Shown one piece after another: positions 1 to 11,347 of a DNA stretch of 64,000 nucleotides; within the stretch, counting starts at the first letter, position 1, and the number at the start of each line of letters is the position of its first letter. The notes beneath the pieces were generated by a model, which was given only the letters and a program-made list of their open reading frames with translations, did no database searches and was not told the DNA's origin. Position numbers and translations under genes: made by a program. Origin of the DNA: Vairimorpha necatrix (Eukaryota); assembly GCA_036630325.1 (NCBI GenBank), contig CP142727.1, forward strand, positions 1,178,001-1,242,000, read 5' to 3'.

Positions 1-1960
1 CTCGACCCATCTATTAATTCTAGCATTCTTAAAGTCGGGCTTGTTTCTTATTTCGCCCAACGCTTTATGATCAGTTTCTATTCTAAATTTCCTACCTCTT
101 AATTCATATTCAAACTTTTTAACGCCCCAAAAAACTGCGTACATTTCTTTTTCTGATATACCATAATTAACTTCCGTAACGGTAAACTTCTTAGACGCCC
201 ACTGTACTGGCACCCATTCTCCTTGATTATTTTTCTGTAACAGTACTGCGCCCATGCCTACATTACTAGCGTCAGTCCTCAACAAAAATTCTTTATCATA
301 GTCTGCTATTTGCAGCTTTCCTAGGCCTTTCAATACTTCTTTTAAATTATTAAACTCGTTTTTCATATCATCCGTCCACTTCCAATTATCATTCTTCCCT
401 TTTAAACTATCTGTCAACCTAACTGTCAATCCAGCGTAATTCTTAATAAAATCTCTGAACCAACCCGTCATTCCTAAAAATCTTCTTACATCTGACACGC
501 ATGTTGGTATCGGAAACTCTAGGGCTTCATTTTTCTTTATCTCTGACGGTATTATATCTTCTCCATTTAAAGTGACTCCCAATAATTTAACTTCCCGTTG
601 ACAAAACTGAACTTTATTTGCATTCAGCTTCAAATTGTTTTCCTTCAGTCTATTTAATACCCTTTTCACTAATTGCTCGTGTTCTCCTATCGTTCGGCTG
701 TACAACACAATATCGTCCATATACACCTCTACTCCTTTGCCTTTCATATCTCTAAAAATCCTATCCATAATTCTCTGCAATATCTGCGGGCTATTCTTAT
801 ATCCCATAACCATAGAGTTCCATTCATAAACCTTGCCATTAAAATCAAACGCCGTCTTATGTTTATCCTCCTCCTCTATCTCAATACTATAGAAGGCCTC
901 TTTTAAGTCGAAAACCGTCATATATTTTGCACCTTGTGTAGCTCTTACAACATCTCTTATGTTAGACAATCTATACTCGTCCTTTTGTACAATATCGTTC
1001 AATGCCATCAAATTACTAACCAGTCTTATCTCACCATTTGGCTTTCTGATTGACCTTATAGGATTCTCCAACTTGAATTTGACTCTCTTATCACTTTCCT
1101 TTTTAATAAATCTTCTAGATGTAGCTCTGTATCTTTTATCAACGCCTGCGGAACCATTTGTCCCTTTTTAAATACCTTCATACCCGCTTCAGTATTAATT
1201 TTACATTTTTCCAGTTTACAATATTTTATCTCCTCTTTTCCTAACTTAAAAACCTCTCCAAAACTCTTAGCATACTTATCTAAATTTAATCTGATTCTCT
1301 TACTCTCCTCTTTAACGGCATATTCTTTTTGATTTTTCTCAAATTTGACTCTAAGTCCTCTTTTTGATCTTCTAAAATCTCGCTCCTGACTTGACTCTGA
1401 TTCACTACCTACTTCCATTTTGCAACTGTTATCCTTGTTATTCTTTTTATAATAATTATCTCTATTAATCTTCAGTCTGCATTCAAACACCCTATGCCCT
1501 TGTCTATCACAATAGAAGCATCACGGTACTCTCGATTTTTGTCTTGGTTGTTCTCTACTAATTTCTTCATTTATAGTCCTAGAAATAATTTTTCTCATTT
1601 CCTCATATATCTTTTCTTTTTCCTCTACTTCCTTAATCCTTAACAATAGCTTCTTCCTTATTCCTTCAATATTTTCTTCCTTTTTGATATTTCTCACAAT
1701 AAAATCTTTTAAATCCATCGAAGCCAACTTGAACAGCTCACTCTTCCATTTCACTCTATCTACATCTCTCAAATCCAATTCATACAATATACGCTCTAAC
1801 TCCTGTAACATCTTTCTGACCACTTGGCCACAGTCCTCTCTTGTGAACTCTTCTTTAGGTATCGCCCCCATATAAGTGCTTAACATAATTGGGGTTTAAT
1901 ATTATTACTGATTATAACAGGATATAATAATACACTACATACAGCAATAAAATGTACGCC
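1..1960 (-). mobile_element. Defective Ty3/gypsy LTR retrotransposon (gag - RT - RNase H), running off the left edge of the window
   Basis: Gag starts at 1886 after AAACCCCAATT-ATG. An in-frame TGA at 1521-1523 lies just before a CFYCDRQGHRVFEC zinc knuckle (CX2CX4HX4C). There is a 1-nt frameshift near 1066 (WRIL* versus WRNPIRSIRKPNGEIRLV). RT motifs DLKEAFYSI, MGYKNSP and VYMDDI (~712-723) and RNase H motifs TDASNVGMGAVL, EKEMYAV and ETDHKAL follow. No aspartic-protease D(T/S)G motif was seen, suggesting an internal deletion. Confidence 0.92.
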
Positions 1961-2482
1961 GATGGAAGCGTGGAGAGATCAAACTGCTGAAGTTATAATT
2001 GAAAATGATGAAAATGGAAAATATGCTGGTCGGTTCAAGAGAAGACACAGAGAGACATTTACAGTAGGCCAAGAGGTAAGAATCGCTAGGAGAGAAAATT
2101 TAGGTACACGTGCGAAAACAGACAAGGGAAGATTCACGGGTCGCGGAAGGATCGTAGCTATAAGTGAAAATGATTCATATATTGTGAGACTACTGGATGG
2201 TAAAATTGTTAAAAAGAGGCATTATGATTTGAAAGAGATAAGGAAGAGTTGTTTAGAAGATGGAGAGACTACCCGTCTGGAGGGGGGATGTAGGGTTTAG
2301 AACCCTTAATAAATAAATGGTTAACATATTATAAAAAATGGTCAGTAATTTCTGTCCCTTTCTTGTTCCTTCTTTTTGATTTTATTTTTTTTTGAGGGGG
2401 GCAAAAAAAAAAAAAATAAAAATGAACAACCCAAAATGCGTATACTGTAAATATTTAAACTCTATTCGTAATTCTTTATACA
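1961..2482 (+). mobile_element. 3' end of a gypsy element in the opposite orientation: integrase C-terminal fragment, polypurine tract and probable ~194-bp LTR
   Basis: ORF 1962-2300 (FTVGQEVRI...GRFTGRGRIV...SYIV...KRHYDLK) resembles a gypsy integrase C-terminal SH3-like/GPY-F region. GGAGGGGGGA (PPT) is followed directly by TGTAGGG at 2289. The candidate LTR ends TTATACA at 2482 (TGTA...TACA termini). Confidence 0.65.
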
Positions 2483-2801
2483 TAAGGAAAAACATACTCT
2501 TTGATGTAAAAGTTTTACGTTTTTGTTAGATCATTATAAATAAACCATTTATTTAATCATTTTACCTTGTATGTAATTAGCAATAAAGTTCCTGCGAAAT
2601 TGTTAAGGGAATAGGTTCAATTGAGAAAAACAATCTGAAGCACAAACAGATTTCTATTCACTGATAAAATTCTACTTAATTTTAATTGTGTAGCTATATT
2701 GTATCAAACAATTTTTTTATTTCATTATAAGAATAACATTTATAAGCTTCCTTTAAAATTTACACAAAATATAAAAAATTAAATTTTTTAATGCATCTAA
2801 T

Positions 2802-4952
2802 CTAACTGTTTAATATTCGTATTAAATTATCATGCAATTTAATCCCAGAATTGTCATTTAAAGCTTCAAAAAGAGCATTTTCTTTTAGAATAAGTCTCAT
2901 ATTTTTTAAACATTTTTCATATTTTGATTCTTCAACTGAAATATTTTGATATTTATTATCAAAGATGATTGTTAAAGTTTGTAATGCATATTCCATAGCA
3001 TTATTTAAAATATTTTTATTTATATTTTCTCTTAGTCGTTTTAGATAAATCGTTTCCAATTCTTTTTTATATTCTAGTATTGAATCTTCTTGTATTTCCT
3101 TTTTCATTGGATATTCATTAAATTTCATATCGATAACTTTAATTACCTCGTTATTTAATATTTTTATGAAATTATTTACCACTTCCTCATCAAAAAATAA
3201 TTCATTATAGGTATTTAAAGCATCTGACATGATTTTATTTAACTCGTCGTAGATTGTGGTTAAAAGTATTATTTGGTCAATTCTTTGCCTTTCGAAGGCT
3301 TTTAGATTTCTTTTCTGTTCATATTTTCTATCTTCCTCGATGTTTTCAAAGATATTTTTTTTTATAAATCTAATGCTTTTTTCTACTTCAAATTCATTTA
3401 AGCATAAGTTTGTGATAATTTCATCTTTTGTGTAATGCTCCTTACCCTTTTCAGAAATCAATGTTGTACTGATTGATTCTGTAAATAGCATATTAATTTT
3501 ATTGATGTAATCTAAAATATCCTTTTTATGTTCTATAATTCTTCCAATGTGAGTTTTTATTTCTTTCAATATATCTATTATATCAATGTATTCATTTTCA
3601 TAATTTTTCGTCTTGAGATGATCATTGATGTATTTTAAAGATTTTAAGATAGGTTCATCAGTTACATCATTTTCATTTAAAAATTCTTCTGCTTCTAGAA
3701 TTAAAAGAATTTTCATTAAATACGATTCAGAGTCATTAAAACTCAATAAATAATCTAATAATTTTTTTGTAAGCTCATTCTTATCAATTTCTATTATGTT
3801 TTCAGTATATTCATTTATTCCCGTTATTATATCAAAATCTTCTTTTTCAATCGCTTTTATGAATAGTAGTAAATACGCAAATATTAATTTTAAAGGCGAT
3901 TTTGGTCTATTTAAAAGTCCTAAAATGAGGAATTCAACCTTATTATATCTAAAAAACAATCTGTATAGAGATTCTACGACGTTATCTGCATCAATATCTT
4001 TTATATATTTTATTATCTTAATTTTTTTTTGAAATTTTGAATAAAAATTTTTATTACGATTAGATTTATTTTCAAAATTATATAAGTTTTCATGAAATCG
4101 AATATAATTGGGGCCTATTTCAATTTTAAATGTACCTTTAGAAACCAATTCGATTTTATCTAAATAACAATCTAAATTTTTACTGCAGAATCTTGTATTA
4201 AGATATTCAATATCAACGATTTTATATAATTTAGACAATACATAAAATATTTCTAGATTCATTTCATACATATTTTCTGTTTTTATCTCCATCGATTCCT
4301 CTATTTCTTTAGTATTTAACATAAAAAAGTAAAGTATCTTGTCTATAACGAGATATAAATTAAAATAATAAGCATCATCTTTTTTTATATAATGAGTATG
4401 TGATTTATGTATATCAATCTTGCCGTTTTTGTTGTAATTATATTTTTTTATGTCGGCAAATATTTTATTTATTGACATACAATTAGCACAAATGTTTTCA
4501 TAAAAAATCTGGTTAATTCGGGGTGATACTCTTCTTTCATGATTGTCTTTTTGAATAGATTCAATGATTTCTTTGATAATGGGGTATTTTTCATATTGCG
4601 AAGCGTAATATAATAACACAAAGGAATTATTGTTTGGTGTTTTGAAGATCTCTATTAATTTACTTTCTATTTCTTCTGTTATATCTTTTATAGATTTATC
4701 AACATAATTAACATTTAGAGAAATACTTATATATTTATTGTTTTCATCATATAAAAGATCTTCAAAAGTAAAACTAATATGTTCCCTGACTTCCCATAAA
4801 TAAATATTTATTTTGATATAATTTTTTTCATAATTAAACACAAAATAATCTCTTTCTTTTATTTTCATAGTGATATTGTCTTTTAATAAGTTAAAAATTG
4901 TTTCATTAGAGATCACAAAAGTCATAAACAACAATATTGTAGAGATATTCAT
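2802..4952 (-). CDS. Lineage-specific secreted protein, 716 aa; paralogue of 34734-36941 and 44405-46714
   Basis: Long intact ORF with ACCCTC-ATG context and a hydrophobic N-terminus (MNISTILLFMTFVIS). Shares blocks with the paralogues: KIKERDY, NKSIxDITEEIE, RYNKVEFL, FDIITG, SYLMKILLILEAEEFLNE. Confidence 0.9.
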   Translation of the reverse strand: MNISTILLFMTFVISNETIFNLLKDNITMKIKERDYFVFNYEKNYIKINIYLWEVREHISFTFEDLLYDENNKYISISLNVNYVDKSIKDITEEIESKLIEIFKTPNNNSFVLLYYASQYEKYPIIKEIIESIQKDNHERRVSPRINQIFYENICANCMSINKIFADIKKYNYNKNGKIDIHKSHTHYIKKDDAYYFNLYLVIDKILYFFMLNTKEIEESMEIKTENMYEMNLEIFYVLSKLYKIVDIEYLNTRFCSKNLDCYLDKIELVSKGTFKIEIGPNYIRFHENLYNFENKSNRNKNFYSKFQKKIKIIKYIKDIDADNVVESLYRLFFRYNKVEFLILGLLNRPKSPLKLIFAYLLLFIKAIEKEDFDIITGINEYTENIIEIDKNELTKKLLDYLLSFNDSESYLMKILLILEAEEFLNENDVTDEPILKSLKYINDHLKTKNYENEYIDIIDILKEIKTHIGRIIEHKKDILDYINKINMLFTESISTTLISEKGKEHYTKDEIITNLCLNEFEVEKSIRFIKKNIFENIEEDRKYEQKRNLKAFERQRIDQIILLTTIYDELNKIMSDALNTYNELFFDEEVVNNFIKILNNEVIKVIDMKFNEYPMKKEIQEDSILEYKKELETIYLKRLRENINKNILNNAMEYALQTLTIIFDNKYQNISVEESKYEKCLKNMRLILKENALFEALNDNSGIKLHDNLIRILNS

Positions 4953-5680
4953 GAGGGTAATGCTATAAAAAAATTTATATTTTTTTCTAAATTAAATAAA
5001 AAATAAGCACAGTTTTTTATACTTAAAAAACATTTTTTTTTCTGTTTTTTTTTCAAATTTAATTAAATGTTAAAAAGTGAATCAATGTTACTCAACTGCT
5101 TATGAATGTAAAACTTATGTTTAATTAATGGATTAACAAAACACTTGACAATTATAAAAATTAAATGTCAAAACCATCGATATCTATCAAAAACAATGTC
5201 AAATATCTTACTTGGAAAAATATTTGACATATCTAAAATGAATAACAAACTAATTAAATACACATATTATTGTATTGGTCATTACAGAAAAATTTCAATG
5301 ATCATGTTTATTGAAAATTTGTGTTTTGCAAATCATTTAATTTTATACCTTTTTTATTTGCCCACAAACTAATTATATCTATGAAGATCTAAACTTCTAC
5401 ATTTTATTTTTAATTATTGAATTCAACAAGGTCTGCAGGAAACAGTTCATGCAATATGTTTCTTTTTAAGTCCGTAATTAAATATTAAATGGTCGATTCT
5501 TAAATTATATTTAACAATTAGAATATACATAGAGTCAAAACAAATTTCTTGTTTTTGCATAGAATAACAAATAAGACCCGTTTGTTTATACATTCGTTTA
5601 CAATATTACTTGCAAATTTTATAATCACTGAATATTAAAATATGGTAAGAAAAATAATTATGTTAAAACATTTATTAGTT

Positions 5681-6013
5681 TTAGGGATGGTTCCACTTGC
5701 TTATTAAATCTTGAAAATTATAAGTCCGTATATCTTTGCTATTGTGGTTTTTACTTGTATATTGTATCGGATTTGTCTCAATCTCCATCTTCTTACTGGC
5801 CGAGATTTTTAGATTCTCAAAGAACTTCACTTTATCATCGAATAACATTTTAAAGTTCCTCACATCTTTTGTACTTTCGTCCTTCAGTGGTTCAACTTTA
5901 GTTTCATTGGGGTTGTCTGCCATACTAGTACTGAATAACCATTCTAAATTTGGAAGTATAAGTATCGTAGGTAATCTTATGTAACTCTGTAGTATTATAA
6001 AATTCAAACACAT
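5681..6013 (-). CDS. Small hypothetical protein (110 aa, or shorter from the internal Met of MADNPNE)
   Basis: ORF with a hydrophobic N-terminus and a charged body. No recognisable domain and no clear CCC motif. Confidence 0.4.
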   Translation of the reverse strand: MCLNFIILQSYIRLPTILILPNLEWLFSTSMADNPNETKVEPLKDESTKDVRNFKMLFDDKVKFFENLKISASKKMEIETNPIQYTSKNHNSKDIRTYNFQDLISKWNHP

Positions 6014-8376
6014 TTTTATTTGTTTTTAGCAAAAAAATATATATATTAAAAACAATGACTTCAATTTGTTTCATTCATATAAACAAAGTAAAACAAAACA
6101 GGTTAGAGCATTTAATAGTGCATTTAGGGGTAAAGAACAATTTTTTATTTTTTTGAGTCATTTTCATATACAATTTGATCTTCATAAACTATGAAATGAA
6201 ATTTTACTTGATCATTGATTACTTTTTATATGTAAGAATATTCATTATATTAGTTTGTCTTGGTTAACTTCGATATTTTGCCTTAATTATTGTAAGGTAA
6301 GGTAATATGTAATAAAAATCGATAATCATAAATTACAATTTATTAATTGAAGTAACATATGATTTAAGGATAATCAATGCTTTTTATGTTTTGAAATTAA
6401 GACTGTTTAGTTCGAGCTAAATTTTTGAATTTTTTTTCTAATCAGAAGATCAAGATGAAGCTCCTAAAAAGCGACTCTGAGCGGATCATCGAAAATCAAT
6501 TTCTTATGTCTTACCTTATGTTAAGAAAAAATAAATTTTGTATTATTACATTATTATCAAAAAATTATATATTTTTGATCAATCCTAGATAATTTTTATC
6601 AATAAATTTTAATATTTATCTTTTTTGCTTGATTTTTAAAAACACAAACAAATTAGTTTTTATAAATCTAAGAAACCCCTACTTTATTATTTTTTTTTTT
6701 CATATACAATAAATCTAGAGTGATTGTGCTGTAAAAATTAATTATGAACAAAGAATATTCAATACGCCTTAGATTTAAACTTTTCTAAACTTTTATAAGA
6801 ATAAATATAACAATATATGATCATTATATTTCTGGTTTTGATTCAATAAACAAAAAAAAAAACAACGCTTTACAGTTTTTTTTCAAAACCTTTCAAATAT
6901 CAAACAATACAAAGTTTTTTTTATGGTAGATTATATGTTTGTTAACTAAATTATAATTATTATGAGGACACTAATGTGAAAATTAAATTTAGTATTATCT
7001 TCTAAAGTTTCACATGAGTTAGTTGATAAATTAAATAATAAAAATGGTAGAATCGATTACACACGATTTTATTGTTTTTGACTTGATTGATACATTTATT
7101 TTTGTAAAATTATTCTCAATGTATCTGTCATTTAATATTTTCATTGTGGTCAATGTTAATAGAACACAGTTTATGCATTTAATAATTAATTACAGATGAT
7201 TTTACGTATAATATAGTCTTAGTTTGTTTCTCGAATATTAAGGTAATTTTTAAGACATTTAATAAATTAAATTTAAAAATTTTATAAATCTATGTCTATG
7301 AAATTACGACCACGAACTTAGAAACTATAGCATATTTTAACACAAACTACATTTGTTTTTTATGAGATTTAAGTTTATTATACAGAATGTAACTACACAT
7401 AAAAAGAAATGCGGATAAACAAGGTTTTCGTTTTATAATTCGTAAAAAAAATATATTCTGCTATTGTTTAGCAGTACTAACATAAATTTTGTCACACAAT
7501 ATTGTAAATATGTCATTTACGAAGACATTTTAAAGAATCTTTACGAAAGTCTTTAAGGCTACTTGAATGAAGTATTGAAAACATAACAGGCAAATAGTTA
7601 GAAGATGTTGCTATATTAAGGATGTTTTAACAGTGTAAAGCATATAAACTAACATGAAATTAGTTCTAATAATTATGAATTAGGAATATTTTATTTAGGT
7701 AAAAATTAAGTCGCGTTATTTTTTTATAATACTTCAAATAGATTGTATTATAAGACCTTAAGCTCGGAATTTCCTTATACTTGGTGATATAATGTTTTAT
7801 ATTTATAAAATTTTTAGATGTTTTATTTTTAACATATAGGCTGTCTTAGACGATCTATTTTAAATATTTATTATAACATAAAGCTCAAAGTGAAATGAAG
7901 CTGAAAAAGTGAAGTTGGAAAGTATTAATAATTCTACAGAAACCAAAGTCTGGGAATAGCTGAATCCTATGAGCGATGCCGGGAAAGATGTGCTATGAAT
8001 TTCTAAGCTTTATGATAAATAACTCAATAAATCTTTTATAAATTTTAACATAAAGCTTGTAGCTTATTCATTGTTGTGCTGAGAATTTTTAGTTTTTTTT
8101 ATTTTTTACCCCTCAATCTTCTCTACATTTTTAGAGACAAATCTTTGTAGGAAAATTAATCCTATACGCCAAAGTATTATGGTCTACATTTCTTGCTTTG
8201 CCTTATTACATTTTTTATATGTGCAGTCAAGAATATGCACACAATTTTTCTATGTTTAAGGAGCATGATCTTCCTTTAACATTATATTTGCGCTTTAAAA
8301 TATAATTTAATCATATTTACCTTGTCTGTTTACATTTTCTTTCTCTCGTCAAATACGTTTTATTTTTTGACCCCGA

Positions 8377-9462
8377 ATGAAGGAAATATTATTTACAGGG
8401 AAAATACAAATATATTCCTATGATGAACAAATCCCTACAAAAATGAAATGTGATGTAATAAAAGAAGGGGACTCGCTTATTATAAAATTAATAAACTTAA
8501 CTGACGTCTTCTCTTTTTATATTTGTACCATAAATAATGATGATTTTTATATTTTAAAAAGGGAACAAGACTTAATTGTCGATTATCATAAATTTATAGA
8601 AATAATTATCAAATTATTTCATATGGTACAAAATAACTCACTTTCGGCATATTTTCTAGATTTAAAATTTATGTTTGTAGAAAAAAATGAATTCAGGAAT
8701 ATTATAAAATTAGAACTAAAATTTAAAGAACCAACAGATTTAGACTATAAATCATACATAGGCGACTTTATAAATAGGTTAGAAAATGATAATATTAAAC
8801 TTATAAAAGAAAATAGTTTACTAAAAGATTATAATAATAATACTCTACATAGAAAAATAAGAAATTTAGAAGAAAATCAAAATGCACATATAAACAAAAT
8901 TAACATGTTAAACAAACAAACTGACGAATATAAATATAAATTAGAAAAAACTACATTAGAAATGAAAAATTTAAATAATCAAGTTTACGAATTAGAAAGA
9001 GAAAATACAAAATTAAAACTAGAAAATGATTCTAATATGAAAATCAGAGAAGATTTTTCAAATTTAAATTTAAAAAATAAAAATTTAGAAAAAGATTTAG
9101 AAGTAGCAAATGAGATAATAAAAAAAATTAGATCTGAAAATTTAGAATATAAAAATAAAATAGAAGAAATAGAAAATAATATAAAAAAGAGACATGATGA
9201 AGTAGAAAAATATGAGAATAATTTAGAAGAAATAAAAAAGAAAAATAAAATTACAGAAGAAAAATATAAAAAATTTCAAAAAGAAAATAAAGAAATAAAA
9301 AATAGAATTAAAGAGTTAGAAGTAGAAAATCAAGCATTAATAAGGAAATTAGAGAATGCTCAGAGTGTATTTAATCATTTTTCAAATAATAAAGAAATCA
9401 AAGAAAAATATAGTAGTGATAGTATTAGTGAATATTCTATACATCCTGAGGAGAAACCTTAA
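8377..9462 (+). CDS. SAS6: SAS-6-like protein (SAS-6 N-terminal head domain plus long coiled coil), 361 aa
   Basis: ACCCCGA-ATG start. DVFSFYICTINNDDFYILKREQDLIVDYHKF matches the PISA motif (DPFFLY...EEDFQSLKxQQGLLVDFxxF). VEKNEFRNIIKLELKF matches VETNPFKHLTHLSLKL, with the head-head Phe conserved. About 200 aa of heptad-rich coiled coil follow. Confidence 0.8.
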   Translation: MKEILFTGKIQIYSYDEQIPTKMKCDVIKEGDSLIIKLINLTDVFSFYICTINNDDFYILKREQDLIVDYHKFIEIIIKLFHMVQNNSLSAYFLDLKFMFVEKNEFRNIIKLELKFKEPTDLDYKSYIGDFINRLENDNIKLIKENSLLKDYNNNTLHRKIRNLEENQNAHINKINMLNKQTDEYKYKLEKTTLEMKNLNNQVYELERENTKLKLENDSNMKIREDFSNLNLKNKNLEKDLEVANEIIKKIRSENLEYKNKIEEIENNIKKRHDEVEKYENNLEEIKKKNKITEEKYKKFQKENKEIKNRIKELEVENQALIRKLENAQSVFNHFSNNKEIKEKYSSDSISEYSIHPEEKP

Positions 9463-10367
9463 GAAAATATCAAATAAATATTTTAAGAATGTATTTAATC
9501 TTTTAAGAACCCAACAATAAATAATTGCGGATTTATCTAATCTTTTGAGAACACAACAGTAAAATGCTTATGAATGTCCTTACAAATTTTTAAAATATTT
9601 TAAGAATAACTTAAAATTAAATTTTGTATTTAAAAAAAATTGCAAATTTATGCTGGTCTATCTTTGGACAGAAGGAAGTAATAAAAACAAAGAAGTCATT
9701 AATTTAGAATAGTAATTGAACATGTGCAATAATATTGTAAATGACTAAAGTCAGCTTTAGCTATGACATCATTATATGAGGGGTTATTTGAAATTATTTT
9801 TTTATCTTACTTTTAACTTACAATTATCTTTATACATCTATTAATATTGAGATTTACTAAAATATGACATTAATTGTTTTAAACTTGGCCCCATAGACTT
9901 AAAATTATGAAATAAGGTAAGTCAAAATAAACATATTTAGAAATTACGACCAAGTAATATTAAACCTTGCTTGATTTAGAGGAATGTATAAAAAGACTGT
10001 GGATCATTTAGCTACCAAGTGTAATCAAAAACATAATGATAAAATTTATCTTTCATCTCTTACTACGTATTAAATAAGGGCTAAAAACATGATTTCATTT
10101 TATCATGATCCCATGCAAATTAAGGCAAACAACAAAATCTGACATAATATTATGATCGACAGGGTAGGCAATATAATTGTATAATGTATAAGACATTTAT
10201 ACAGTAAAGCTCAAAAACCAAGATTTATTGCAATAGCAGAGGATAAAAACCGAAAATAGTTAGAATAAACAATATTTAGTGAATCTCAAATTGTAAAAAA
10301 ATGCAGACCATATTTTTTTAATATTTTCAAAAATATGACAACAATCAATTATATTTAAAACGTCCAA

Positions 10368-11258
10368 TTAATTTATTTTTATTTGATTTATGATCTTTAT
10401 AAATTCCATTTTGTTGATCAACCTTTTGTTGTAAAACAAATATACAAATTCTAGTCTATCTTCTCTTGTAATGTGTCTTTCTATAAATTTCAATAAAAAA
10501 TCGTGTAATGATTTTTCATTCCTTAAAATTTCATTATTCCATTTCATCATTATTTTTTTATACGGACTCTCTATTTCTTTACAAAGATGATTACCTAAAT
10601 ATTCACTTAAAATTTCTGGTGGATTTTTTTGGTATTTAATGATTTTCCCTCTACTGTAATTTTTAGAAAAAAAATTATATTTCTCCAGTAGGCTTTTATT
10701 ATTTAATTTATTATCGTCATCCATATCATTTATATTATCCTTATTTTTCTTCTTAATTATAGTTGTTTTATTATCTAAATCGTATAATTTTATTTTATTA
10801 TTTTGTATATTTAAATGTCGGTTGGTTTTTTCAATTACTTTATATTTAATTGTTAAAAGTTCGTTATCGTCTTCTATTTCGATTTTATTCCCATTTACTA
10901 ATTCACATCCTGTAAAAAATATTTTAAAAATCTTTTTTGTTCTTTTAGAATACAAATAAAAATATAAAAATGTAGACTCAGTACAATTCTGAATTACAAA
11001 AGTCAAGTCTATTCTGCCCATCTTTCCCTTCTTCATATTATAAGTCATAGTTTTATAAAAACTATTTGTTGTGTAACCAATAAGTCTAAATTCTTTATAT
11101 TTCTTACTAGAACATGTGATAAGTTTAAATTTTACAATACAACAAGTAGGCAAACAAGGAAAATCGACTTTTCCTTTAAAATGCACTGACTTTTTAATAT
11201 TTCTATATAAAAATGGAGGATTAATCTTCATTTTATTCGAAAAATATGTCTCATCCAT
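10368..11258 (-). CDS. Putative miniature SUZ12/Su(z)12-like protein (N-terminal NPxFLxR motif, beta-rich middle, C-terminal VEFS-box-like region), 296 aa
   Basis: TCCCCC-ATG start. INPPFLYRNI resembles the SUZ12/EMF2 N-terminal motif (APIFLHRTL / NPLFLQRCL). The C-terminal YKKIMMKWNNEI...LKFIERH...LFYNKRLI resembles the VEFS-box EKEVMKLWNLHV...MLFVENY...SMHDFNLI. Confidence 0.6.
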   Translation of the reverse strand: MDETYFSNKMKINPPFLYRNIKKSVHFKGKVDFPCLPTCCIVKFKLITCSSKKYKEFRLIGYTTNSFYKTMTYNMKKGKMGRIDLTFVIQNCTESTFLYFYLYSKRTKKIFKIFFTGCELVNGNKIEIEDDNELLTIKYKVIEKTNRHLNIQNNKIKLYDLDNKTTIIKKKNKDNINDMDDDNKLNNKSLLEKYNFFSKNYSRGKIIKYQKNPPEILSEYLGNHLCKEIESPYKKIMMKWNNEILRNEKSLHDFLLKFIERHITREDRLEFVYLFYNKRLINKMEFIKIINQIKIN

Positions 11259-11347
11259 GGGGGATGAAAAAAATATTTTATATGATAATTAAAAACTGAA
11301 AAATTATTATTATAAAACTTATTAATTAAATAACTGTCACATTTAAT

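Noticed and set aside
8223-8236. 14-mer GCAGTCAAGAATAT also present in reverse complement near 60160
   Set aside because: Isolated 14-mer matches are expected by chance in 64 kb of AT-rich sequence.
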